Origin: Meyerozyma guilliermondii | Lineage: Eukaryota | Direction: 5' to 3' | Length of the DNA stretch: 64,000 bases | NCBI GenBank assembly: GCA_051546255.1 | Contig: CP128819.1 | Span: forward strand, 372,001-436,000 | In this document: positions 54,014 through 64,000 of the stretch, piece by piece | Layout of the letters: each line of letters begins with the position of its first letter | Numbering within the stretch: position 1 is the first letter of the stretch | The notes under the pieces: generated by a model | What the model was told of the DNA's origin: nothing | Database searches by the model: none | Seen by the model: only the letters and a program-made list of their open reading frames with translations | Made by a program: the position numbers and the translations under genes

Positions 54014-55124
54014 TCAAAGCTTGGAACAAGTCCTGCTTTAAATCTTCGACATCTTCCACACCAATACTCACACGAAGCAACGTAGTAGGGCACGTAGGAT
54101 CCGACAATGCACGCCATTCAATCAAACTTTCTACTCCACCCAAAGAGGTGGCGTGGTAAAAGTAGTTTAGTTTTCCTGGAAGATTTTTAGCAAACTCTTC
54201 TGAGTCTACCTCAATGGCAAACACAGGACTGTGTCCACCAACGAGCTGCTTGGCTACGAAATCGTCCTTTTGCAATGATCCGTGATAGATTTTTTTCAAG
54301 TGAGGAATCTCCTTTTGGTGTTCTGCCAAGTAGGAGACAATGGCAGTGGCACTTTGAGATTGTTTCGAAACCCGCAATTCATAAGTCTTCAAACTACGGA
54401 GTAAGAGTGCACTCTCTAAATTGGCAATGTTTGTACCCAAGTACACTCTATCTTCCACCAATTGATCTCTGGTCTTTTTGTCTTTGACAAACAAGAGACC
54501 TGCCAACAAGTCACTGTGACCACCAAAATACTTCGTAGCAGAGTGCATAACCATGTCTGCTCCATGCTTGAAAGGGTCCTGCAAAGGAGGAGGACCGAAC
54601 GTGGCATCTACCAACACAAAAGCACCTCTTTCGTGGGCTTTGCGACTCAATGTTTCAAGATCATAAACCGTTCCCAATGGGTTTATTGGTGTTTCTACAT
54701 GAACCAAGTCGCCTTTGTTGAGTTGCGAGAAGTCATCTTCCAATGAAATTTGCTTCAAGCCATGGTTACGTGTCCAAATGTCTGCAATTCCCGTAACGCC
54801 GTGGTAGCCATGACCAATGGCAAGAACCTTGGGATTGAAGTGGGTAATTGCAGCATTGAACGCACTAAGACCAGAGGAGTAAGCTACCACATACGAGCCA
54901 ACACGGGAAGAGATCGTTTGCTCGACCAACTCAGAATTGGGATGGGATTCCCGTGAATAAATGGGCCGTTCGCCCCAAATCGAAGTGGCATCAGCCGCCT
55001 TAACCCATTGTGATGGATCGTCTGAATAAGCGAATGTGGTAGACACGTTGATGGGAGGTGCTACATCTGGAACACGGATCAATTCGTCAGCACCATGAAT
55101 CAATTTTGTTGCGTTTCCTGGCAT
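54006..55124 (-). CDS. Cys/Met-metabolism PLP enzyme (cystathionine lyase/synthase family, YHR112C-like)
   Basis: VAPPINVSTTF, YSRESHPN, HVETPINP, VDATF, HSATKYFGGHSD, ATSLGGVESLIEWR, LRVSIGVED. Confidence 0.92.
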   Translation of the reverse strand: MPGNATKLIHGADELIRVPDVAPPINVSTTFAYSDDPSQWVKAADATSIWGERPIYSRESHPNSELVEQTISSRVGSYVVAYSSGLSAFNAAITHFNPKVLAIGHGYHGVTGIADIWTRNHGLKQISLEDDFSQLNKGDLVHVETPINPLGTVYDLETLSRKAHERGAFVLVDATFGPPPLQDPFKHGADMVMHSATKYFGGHSDLLAGLLFVKDKKTRDQLVEDRVYLGTNIANLESALLLRSLKTYELRVSKQSQSATAIVSYLAEHQKEIPHLKKIYHGSLQKDDFVAKQLVGGHSPVFAIEVDSEEFAKNLPGKLNYFYHATSLGGVESLIEWRALSDPTCPTTLLRVSIGVEDVEDLKQDLFQALTK

Positions 55125-55211
55125 TAGGATTGAGTTGCGAAATGCGTGGATAAGAAAATGAGAAATGAGAACCTTAAAGCATGTCGTAATACGCAGGCAT
55201 ATTACCCTATG

Positions 55212-55256
55212 TGACTCATAAACTAGAAAAATCTGTAGGGATCTGACGACTGTGGC
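55212..55256. promoter_or_regulatory. Gcn4 site and Met31/32-like site upstream of the PLP lyase
   Basis: TGACTCA at 55212-55218 and ACTGTGGC at 55249-55256. Confidence 0.6.
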
Positions 55257-56320
55257 AACGTTTTGAGTGACGTGCAGGATTGATTAGGAGGCGGTAACTG
55301 AATGATTGAAAGGGCCCACACAAGATTCAAACAGTAATTGCTATGAGACAGATTTCGAATGAAACGGTTTCAAGGGCTAGCTGACCCTGAGTCACCAGAC
55401 CCATAATGGCCCCAAAGGGCTAAATATGAATTATACTGTAGATTAACCTCTAAGTTGCCACAAATATCCACGAGGATAACTTTACAACGTGCATGAAAAA
55501 TGTGGCTCACAAGATGGTTCCAGATCACATGGTGTTGATTTGTGAGCTGACGACTCGTTAAGATCAAAAGTTGACAATAAACTTGATTGGTTAATGTCCT
55601 GTCTTCCTCAAAATAGATCTCACTTGCGCGATCGGAGCGGCTTACAAAAGAGGGCATAATTGGCGATGCCTTGCCAATTCAGTGATAGCGTGAATGAGAT
55701 ACCATTGAGGATCCTTATCGTATACCTTCCTGTTATCTCTCAAAACGATAGGCGAAAATGACTGATATCATCATAATTTGACACATCGAGGCAGTCAAAA
55801 GGCTCCAGGTTGATGAACTCAAACTCCAGAAGCAATTGACTAATTTTGGCTAAAATTAGCAATGTGTTGCAATTAGTGTTGACTACTCTTAGCTACCACT
55901 ATCATGGACACGAGTTCGTGATCTATAACCACTTAACCTCATCCTTGCTAGATTAGCCTTTTCGGGCTTAGAGACACTGCACACAGTTTAGATAATATTT
56001 TTGAGCCAAGCCACTAAACTACGAGCCAATACGATCTCCGACTCCGATACAATCTCCCAAGATTTTGATCGCACCCTTATGCTACATTTGGTCCGTCGAT
56101 AACGATTGCCTATTTCGTGTTTTCGCTGCCATTATCTCGCGTCCCCAATCAAAATTCGAGATATTGACATAACATCCCCCTCCTGCTGACGTCATCGTGC
56201 ATGGCACAGCACGTTTCGACCCAATTCACTAATAAAATCCGCAACCCCAGTTTCAATGTTATCGGTGCATCGAGGTTCATATATAAACGCTCGCGTGAAA
56301 CTAAACGCAACAATTTCATC

Positions 56321-57856
56321 ATGTCAGAAAAAAATTTAGCACCAGTCTCGTCGGCGGTGTCTACTGACACTGATGTAACGTCATTGGATATGCAGGGACT
56401 CGACGCTGGTGATGCTGCTCTCCATCAGAAAATCAAACTCATCAACGATGCTATAGACGAAATTGGCTTCACGCCGTACCATTTCAAGTTGTTTTGTCTT
56501 AGTGGAATGGGATATGCTACCGACTCACAATTGACATTTATTGAGAGTAGTGTCAGAACATTCGTCAACTACCAATTTGGGTATACTTATCCAGTGAGTT
56601 CCCAATGTCTTTACTTTGGTATGCTTCTCGGTACGTTATTCTGGGGCTTTGGTGCTGATCTTATCGGTCGTAAGTTGGCATTTAATTTATCTCTTTTACT
56701 CTCGGCAGTCCTCACGATTTTGACTGGTGCAATGGGTACTTTCACCACCTACTGTCTTTTTATTATCCTCTCTTGTTTTGCGGCTGGCGGCAACTTGGTG
56801 TTGGATACTTGTGTGTTTTTGGAGTACCTTCCTCATAAAAATCAATGGCTTTTAACTTTTTTTGCATTCTTTTGGGGTATTGGCCAAACTTTAGCTGTGC
56901 TTTTTGCTTGGGCCTTTTTGCCAAAATATTCTTGTGCTTCAGAAGATTATTGTCCATCTCATATTAACCATGGATGGAGATACACTTACTATGTCAATGG
57001 CGCATTCGTGCTTGTTATAGCGTTACTCCGTATCTTTGTCGTGCGGTTAAAGGAAACACCAAAGTTCTTGGTATCCAATAACCGTGACGCCGAAGCTGTC
57101 GAAACCCTCCAAAACCTCGCTGCCAAGTACAATCGTCCATGTTCTTTGACCTTGGAGGCTCTTGAAGACTGTGGAGAAATTACTGCCAACGACGATTTCC
57201 GTGTCAAAGCAAGTTTGATGAACACTTTCCGTTTATCTGCCAAGCACATCAAAATTTTGTTCAGCAACAGGAAAACCGCTCGCTCAACTTCTCTCTTGAT
57301 AACATCTTGGCTTCTTTTGGGTATTGCATACCCTCTTTACTCGGCTTTCCTTCCTCAATACCTTGCTTCTCGTGGTGTCAATGTGAGTGCTGACAGTACT
57401 TATGGTGTCTATCGAGACAACGTGATTAGCAATCTTTGCAGTTGTTTTGGTCCTATGATTGCTGGGTTGTTGCTTTACTTTGTTCCATGGTTAGGTCGTC
57501 GAGGTGTAATGGTGATCGGTGCCCTATCTACAATGGCCCTTTTATTTGGTTATACTCAGGTCAAAAATAGAGCTGGGAACGTGGGATTATCATCGGCGGT
57601 ATACATTGCTATCTATGTATATTACGGGTGCTTATATGCTTATACTCCAGAGGTGATGCCATCAGCAGCTCGTGCTACTGGTAATGCATTGTGTATTGCA
57701 GCAACTCGAGTCACTGGTGTTATTGTTCCTGTTATTGCCTACTTTGCCGGAATCACTACTTCAGCACCAATTTGGATTTGTGGTGCTTTTGTCGGGGTTA
57801 TTGGATGCATTGCATTACTCTTCCCATATGAGCCTAGTAAAATGCGGGTGGTGTAG
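56321..57856 (+). CDS. MFS transporter (SV2/sugar-porter-like)
   Basis: About 12 TM helices; GADLIGRK motif A, FLEYLP, ETPKFL, YTPEVMP..R.TG. ATG 56321 preferred because TATATAAA (56280-56287) lies between it and ATG 56201. Confidence 0.9.
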   Translation: MSEKNLAPVSSAVSTDTDVTSLDMQGLDAGDAALHQKIKLINDAIDEIGFTPYHFKLFCLSGMGYATDSQLTFIESSVRTFVNYQFGYTYPVSSQCLYFGMLLGTLFWGFGADLIGRKLAFNLSLLLSAVLTILTGAMGTFTTYCLFIILSCFAAGGNLVLDTCVFLEYLPHKNQWLLTFFAFFWGIGQTLAVLFAWAFLPKYSCASEDYCPSHINHGWRYTYYVNGAFVLVIALLRIFVVRLKETPKFLVSNNRDAEAVETLQNLAAKYNRPCSLTLEALEDCGEITANDDFRVKASLMNTFRLSAKHIKILFSNRKTARSTSLLITSWLLLGIAYPLYSAFLPQYLASRGVNVSADSTYGVYRDNVISNLCSCFGPMIAGLLLYFVPWLGRRGVMVIGALSTMALLFGYTQVKNRAGNVGLSSAVYIAIYVYYGCLYAYTPEVMPSAARATGNALCIAATRVTGVIVPVIAYFAGITTSAPIWICGAFVGVIGCIALLFPYEPSKMRVV

Positions 57857-57861
57857 ACTAG

Positions 57862-58671
<810 letters not shown>

Positions 58672-58674
58672 TCA

Positions 58675-58740
58675 CACAACCCACAACCCACAACCCACAA
58701 CCCGCAACCCACAACTCACAATCAGAATCACAATCACAAC
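58675..58740. repeat. 7-bp tandem repeat (CCCACAA)x5 decaying into (TCACAA)n in the TAE1/PSF3 divergent spacer
   Basis: CCC tracts at 58680, 58687, 58694, 58701 and 58708 with 4-nt spacers. Confidence 0.92.
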
Positions 58741-58742
58741 AT

Positions 58743-59261
58743 ATGTCGTACTACGATTTGGATGACATTCTAGCTGATGCAGAAAAGGTGCCTTGTAGGT
58801 TCAATATCCTGGTTCCAGGCTTGGGGTACCTAGAAGGTCAGCCAGGAAAAGCCATACAAAAAGATACAAAAATCGAATTACCGCTCTGGTTAGCGGAAAT
58901 TTTGGCAATCTGTGAGCTTCTGGAAGAGTCACAGCAGAGTTTCATAGACTTATTACAGCCTGATTTCATCAGTCCCAAGGTGATAAATGCCATAAAGACG
59001 AGTCCCACGTCGGTGGACTTGCACGCCATTCTTCCCTACTATTACAGACTAACTGAAAAATGGGCATCTATGTTTTCGGATTCGGAGTTGGCGACCGTTG
59101 TATCTGATACCTTGAAGCGGAGGTCACTAGAAATATATAACCACGCGAATAGTGCCACCAAGCAGCTCAATTTCATCTATTCGCTAGACGAATATGAAAA
59201 GGAAGTGTTTAAGAAGACTAGTGAAAGTAGTCGAAGTATGCGCCAATGGTTGAAATACTGA
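58743..59261 (+). CDS. PSF3: GINS complex subunit Psf3
   Basis: MSYYDLDDILAD.EKVPCRF...PGLGYLEG...IELPLWLAEILA. Confidence 0.93.
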   Translation: MSYYDLDDILADAEKVPCRFNILVPGLGYLEGQPGKAIQKDTKIELPLWLAEILAICELLEESQQSFIDLLQPDFISPKVINAIKTSPTSVDLHAILPYYYRLTEKWASMFSDSELATVVSDTLKRRSLEIYNHANSATKQLNFIYSLDEYEKEVFKKTSESSRSMRQWLKY

Positions 59262-59296
59262 AATTTTTGGAAATACATCATCATTAATATACACTA

Positions 59297-62200
59297 TTAA
59301 GCATCCTCACCGTTGAACAAATCGTCATCCAACTCATCATCACTATCTTCAATGACATCTTTGGAAAGAGCCTTGCGCTTGTTAGAGGGCACCACGTCGT
59401 CATCTTCTTCAGCTTTACGCTTTGTTGGTGCAGGGGCTTCGTCTTCAGATGCTGACGGCGTAGGAGGAGCTTGTTCTTCTTCACTGTCGTCAATGAAATT
59501 TTTCTTCTTGGTCTTCTTTCCTTTCTTTCCCTTCTTGGCCGGCTTTTTCTTACCGCTCTCCTTGTCTTTCGCAGACTCTGCTTCGAAAAGTTGGTCATCT
59601 TTGTCTTCTTCCACAAATGCCCGCGACTCTTCAACCCATTGCTGAGCCTGTTCTTGCAACTTGGCTCTCTCTTTTGCCAACTCTTCTTCCGCTTGCTTTT
59701 GTCTGAGGATTCTATTCTGCTCCTCTTCTAATCGCTTAGCAGCTTCTTCTTGCCTCAACCTCTTAGCCTCAGCCAATTTGTTCTCCACTTTATTGATATA
59801 CTCCTCAGTTTCTTCTAAGCAGGTATTCAATCTGTTTGCCAAGGTAGTGGTACCTAAATTAGCTCTTGACTTCAATTCCAGCTTAGGATATGGTGGATGA
59901 GCCTCGTCGTCAGAAGCTAACGAGTTCAAAGTTTCGATGGCTTCATTCAAGCCTTCGATCGCTCGTTTAATATCATCCACATTACGCTGCTCAACAGCAA
60001 TCTTGGTAATGAATTCGGCAATTTGAAATTGCACGTAGGCGATATTGAATCGTAATGACGCCTGCAGTCCACCACTTTGCTTTTGTGCCTCTTGAGCATA
60101 GTCAAGTGCCTTTTTCAAATAGAACAAGTCTTTTTCTGCGAGTCCACGCATATACCAAGCCCGGCCCAAAAACGACAATATTTTGGAATCCGTTCCACTT
60201 GTGAATCTCACCAAGGCTATTTCGTAATTCTCAATAGATTTAGAAAATTGTTTCAATTCAAGTAACACATGCCCCAAATTGAGGTATACCGAAATGTCGT
60301 TCAACGAGTCTCTGATCTTCCGCAAGATTTCCAATCCTTTTTGCGAATCTTTGTTTTCGATATAGACAATGGCCAACCCTTGGGCAGCGTAAACATTCTT
60401 GGAGTCCACAGAAATAACCTTGGTGAAAAGTTCTATAGCACGAATGTAATACTTTTTTCTCTTCTCAGCAACTGCAGAGCCAGAACCTTTGACATCCCTT
60501 GCCATGATGCAGTAGATATTCGCCAACGATAACAAGGCATAAGAATCGTGAGAGTCGTATTCAACCAAAGTCTTCTTTTGGTGTTCTGTATCTGCATCCT
60601 GTTTCATGCCAATTCTCTTTCCAAAAGTCTTCGCAAACCAGCCATAGAAAGACCTAATTTCCAAGTTAGCTGGGTTTTCTTCCAAGAGTTCCTCAATCCG
60701 TTCTCTTATTTGCTCCTTGGTTGATTCGTTAGTTGAAACACAATCCAAGAACAAGAGTCTTAAACTGGCAGAGAAGTAGTTGGATGATCTCTCTGTAACT
60801 GACTTATAGATTGAGATGGCTGCCTTTTCGTCTGAAACCTCTTGCGAGCGAGCCAAATTGTAGTCAATCGTAAGCGACAAGTCGTCGAATATTGGGTCTG
60901 ATTTCTCTTCGCTTTCCTTACGGATGTTTTGCACAGCAAACTCAAAGTTTTCCTTAGCTTCGTCCAAGTTGTTCTTGAAAAAGTTCATAACTCCCAAGTT
61001 ATTATAGACCTCAATCGGCACAGAAAGACCCACCTGTGTCCTAGATTCGATAGCTTTACTCAAGTAGGTCAAAGATTGATTCAAGTCCCTTCCTTCATAC
61101 AACCTAGAAAGGGTGAGAAGGGCATTTAACACTATTGGTTCCTTGCTTGATAATGACGACTCATCATCGTCTTTCTTGCTGGCAGTAGGGTTCAGGCCAA
61201 GGTTATTGGAAAGTCGCAAATAACGTTCCAAGATCAGTATAGCAAGGTCTTGCTTCTTGCGACTCTTCAGCTTGGAATAAAATATGCCAAGAGAGTAGTT
61301 GACCTCCAAGCATTTTGGATTCGTTTTTAACACGGATTCAAATGTAATTATCGCTTCTTCGTTCGAACCTCTGTTTGCTTGGGAGAGTCCCAAGCCCAAC
61401 TTGGCAATCAAGTTGTTGTCATCGAGCCGAATTGCTTCATGGAAACTTCTTTGCGATTGAGTGTAATCACCCTTTGCAAAAGATACCCGTCCCAACCAAG
61501 AATTTGCTGTCGATAAAGCCTTTGACTGGTAAGGTGTAAGTTTGGATGAGTGAACTTTGGATGAACCGGAATATTTTTGGAGAATATTATTGCAGATTTT
61601 TTCAACGATGTCATATTGTTCTTTGGAGTAGTAATAAGACACGAAGGCGAGAAGTATAGTAGTATCCTCTGACAGATGAGGAAGATCTCTCAATTTGATT
61701 AAGCACTCCTTGTAGCTGGTAATAAAGCTTTCGTCGCTGAGGGATTTATTGAAAGCGTCATTGAATTGAGATAAAGTTATGAGAAGCTTTGCTGCTGTGT
61801 TCAGGGAATCAATCTCTAAAGCTCTCTTCCACGAGTTTACAGCCATCTCTTGATCATTGAGCATCCAAGCACAAATACCAATTCCAATACGAGGATCCGG
61901 TTTCATAATAGGATTCAACAACAACACCTGTTGATAGAGCCTGAGCCCACTTTTGTAGTTTTTCGTCTTGTTCAAGGCTATGTGAGCCTTTCCAAGTAAT
62001 GCAAAGCAATTTTTCGGGTCGGCTTTCCATATTCCATCGTAAATCTCCCATGCCTGGTCAGCCATATCTTCAAGACCGTAATAAGTAGCTTTTGCAAGCA
62101 AGTTATTCACATCAGAAGGAGCGCTTTTGAAATCTCTTTCAATGAGTTCATTAGCAGCCGACAAGTGCTCAGCCCTATTGATGCCTTGACTGACATATTT

Positions 62201-62521
62201 TAAATGGAGCCATTTAAAACTGGAGTCGATACTTAACCTATCAGCATCAGAAAACAGAGGCTGTTTGGAAGCTTGCGATAAAACTTCGGTAGCTTCGTCA
62301 AGCTTTCCCGACGCTGAGTATGCTCGAGCAACCGAGATCCAGTATTTTCTATCGCACTTTTCCTCATTTAGGAAACTTATCAACTCGTTGGGGTCATCAG
62401 GAAGTTCTTCCACAAGGTTAATACTCACAATCTGGCCATTACTCAATGTAACATCCAAGTTGCCTAGAGTGTCAGCAGCCTGGGACCCTATGTAATAGGA
62501 GATATCCGAAGCGTCGTCCAT
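59297..62521 (-). CDS. CTR9: Paf1 complex TPR scaffold Ctr9
   Basis: 1074 aa of TPR arrays; PDPRIGIG, YDSHDSYAL, KNVYAAQGLA; acidic/basic tail. Confidence 0.93.
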   Translation of the reverse strand: MDDASDISYYIGSQAADTLGNLDVTLSNGQIVSINLVEELPDDPNELISFLNEEKCDRKYWISVARAYSASGKLDEATEVLSQASKQPLFSDADRLSIDSSFKWLHLKYVSQGINRAEHLSAANELIERDFKSAPSDVNNLLAKATYYGLEDMADQAWEIYDGIWKADPKNCFALLGKAHIALNKTKNYKSGLRLYQQVLLLNPIMKPDPRIGIGICAWMLNDQEMAVNSWKRALEIDSLNTAAKLLITLSQFNDAFNKSLSDESFITSYKECLIKLRDLPHLSEDTTILLAFVSYYYSKEQYDIVEKICNNILQKYSGSSKVHSSKLTPYQSKALSTANSWLGRVSFAKGDYTQSQRSFHEAIRLDDNNLIAKLGLGLSQANRGSNEEAIITFESVLKTNPKCLEVNYSLGIFYSKLKSRKKQDLAILILERYLRLSNNLGLNPTASKKDDDESSLSSKEPIVLNALLTLSRLYEGRDLNQSLTYLSKAIESRTQVGLSVPIEVYNNLGVMNFFKNNLDEAKENFEFAVQNIRKESEEKSDPIFDDLSLTIDYNLARSQEVSDEKAAISIYKSVTERSSNYFSASLRLLFLDCVSTNESTKEQIRERIEELLEENPANLEIRSFYGWFAKTFGKRIGMKQDADTEHQKKTLVEYDSHDSYALLSLANIYCIMARDVKGSGSAVAEKRKKYYIRAIELFTKVISVDSKNVYAAQGLAIVYIENKDSQKGLEILRKIRDSLNDISVYLNLGHVLLELKQFSKSIENYEIALVRFTSGTDSKILSFLGRAWYMRGLAEKDLFYLKKALDYAQEAQKQSGGLQASLRFNIAYVQFQIAEFITKIAVEQRNVDDIKRAIEGLNEAIETLNSLASDDEAHPPYPKLELKSRANLGTTTLANRLNTCLEETEEYINKVENKLAEAKRLRQEEAAKRLEEEQNRILRQKQAEEELAKERAKLQEQAQQWVEESRAFVEEDKDDQLFEAESAKDKESGKKKPAKKGKKGKKTKKKNFIDDSEEEQAPPTPSASEDEAPAPTKRKAEEDDDVVPSNKRKALSKDVIEDSDDELDDDLFNGEDA

Positions 62522-62673
62522 GCTGCGCTCAGATGAAATGCCGATGCACTAAGTCGTTGACCTGTTGTGGGCTGAAAATTCGATGCTGTTATCTGCAGGA
62601 TATACACCTTCAAGACAAAGTTCACTAGGATAGCTACACCAGATGAGTTACTGACTAGGTTATTAAGTAGAAG

Positions 62674-64000
62674 TTAGAAAGCCCCGGATATGAGAAGCTC
62701 GTTTGATAAGCAGGATCTAGCAACTTGGCTGAGAATACTCGCCAGGTCTGCTTTCCCGCGTAAAACAGTGGATGCAATTCGCACCAGTTTCGGATAGTTC
62801 TCAATGGACCTGATCGGAACTGATACATGGATCTTGGCCTTAGTCCTCAGGTTCGCTTCGTAGTATCGCACATCAATAGAACATGAGTCAGTCTCATTAA
62901 CGAATGCAACGGGATAACGAAGAGAGATCTTGTAGATATCTTGATCTAATCTCTTCAAGGCCTCCCAACGCCTATGGAGCAAGGGAATATCCGAGAGTTT
63001 TTTGATGTTGTCCGTTATGGGCATAGCAAACAGCTCTGCGACTTGCTTGTTGTAAAAACATGCAGGCAGCATCAATGCAAATTTCAAACCAGTTGACGAT
63101 AAGTGCACTGAATATGTTCGCTGATAACTGAACCTTATAGAGTTTCCCTCGACCGCTTCAAAATTAAAGCCTGTTAATTTTTGAAGTAAGTTACACTTTG
63201 CCTCTAAAGTGGATATCTCTGAGGTTCCATAGGTCCTATTCTTATTGAGTATTGTCTCTAATTCAGCTAAAGATCCTCTCAATTCTGCGATCTTAGACTC
63301 GTTGTCCGCGATTGCTATATCAACAGCGTTCACTTCATCTTTTAGAAGAGAAATCTTCAGACGACTCGCCGTAATTTTCGAGTATAAATATACCAACTCA
63401 TTTCGAAGGCTGCTGAATTCCAGGCTATCGTGGATCTGAGGGTCGCTTATGTCGCTCAATTGTGCCATGATGAGTTTAAGCCTGTTGAGCTTATCTTTTG
63501 ACTCCACAAATAAAGATTCGGCAGCGGCCAATTTTTCATTCAATAGCCGTTCATCTTCCTGTACTTGCTCATATTTTAGCAAAGTCAGGTCAAGCAAGTT
63601 TCGGATCATAGTTGTACGCCAGGTATACCACGCGTCCATCGCTTGCTTGCGGCAATAATCTTTAATGAGTTGAAATTCAGATTGCATGCCAAGCTGCTTT
63701 TCAAGTGGACTGTAATAATACTGCTTGAACAACTTGGGATTGGATGCTAGTGTCGTGTTGTTAAATTGTTCAAACAACTTTTTTCCGTCCTCTATATTCT
63801 TCCTCATCTCTTCACAACTGAAGTAGAGTAATTCCAAAAGTGGAAGTTTGTTAGTAGCGTTCACGTAATCTTGAAGCGAGTAGTCATTGGACCCATCAAT
63901 GACCTTGGGAAGCGAAATGCTTATTCTGCTTATCGAAGACGTTCCTATGTCCAAGTCATCATAAAAACGAATGCCAATATCCTTCATGAAATGAGTCAAT
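62674..64000 (-). CDS. SPC105: C-terminal part of kinetochore protein Spc105/Spc7 (KNL1); 5' end outside the window
   Basis: IGIRFYDDL, LPLLELLYFSCEEM..NI.DGK, NPKLFKQYY, FQLIKDYCR..A...WY.WR (Spc7-domain pattern), then coiled coil. Confidence 0.85.
   Translation of the reverse strand, partial: LTHFMKDIGIRFYDDLDIGTSSISRISISLPKVIDGSNDYSLQDYVNATNKLPLLELLYFSCEEMRKNIEDGKKLFEQFNNTTLASNPKLFKQYYYSPLEKQLGMQSEFQLIKDYCRKQAMDAWYTWRTTMIRNLLDLTLLKYEQVQEDERLLNEKLAAAESLFVESKDKLNRLKLIMAQLSDISDPQIHDSLEFSSLRNELVYLYSKITASRLKISLLKDEVNAVDIAIADNESKIAELRGSLAELETILNKNRTYGTSEISTLEAKCNLLQKLTGFNFEAVEGNSIRFSYQRTYSVHLSSTGLKFALMLPACFYNKQVAELFAMPITDNIKKLSDIPLLHRRWEALKRLDQDIYKISLRYPVAFVNETDSCSIDVRYYEANLRTKAKIHVSVPIRSIENYPKLVRIASTVLRGKADLASILSQVARSCLSNELLISGAF

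Noticed and set aside
55370..55657. 95-aa ORF in the lyase/MFS spacer, and similar small intergenic ORFs (862-1140, 46966-47220, 51605-51991)
   Set aside because: No recognisable protein motifs; they lie in promoter or UTR sequence.

Overview
Gene-dense eukaryotic window from a budding yeast of the CUG-Ser clade: CTG sits at conserved-serine positions in CEK1, DSS4 and an aminotransferase, so the supplied ORF track mistranslates CTG as Leu. I find about 41 protein-coding genes, mostly housekeeping (HSP104, TIF6, STT4, KGD2, ACE2, ARO2, GLC7, AAT2, CEK1, CTR9 and others). No tRNA, rRNA, transposon or CRISPR array was seen. The ORF track misses or mis-starts several genes: a partial aminotransferase at the left edge, NOP10 (59 aa), spliced RPS27, and spliced DAD4 with a 43-nt intron. 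The most interesting signals are these. (1) The three genes ending in a peroxisomal PTS1 (a stand-alone ACAD10/11-type kinase, a fatty alcohol oxidase and AAT2) each have a FarA/Ctf1-type CCGAGG promoter motif. (2) A DUF2406 gene has a 5'-UTR intron with two candidate donors and uORFs between them. (3) GLC7 has a 408-nt ATG-free, hairpin-rich upstream region. (4) A G-quadruplex-consensus repeat fills the 131-bp TAE1/PSF3 divergent spacer. (5) A kelch-ectodomain membrane protein has a Wsc1-like tail. All gene names come from recognising sequence by eye; no database search was run.
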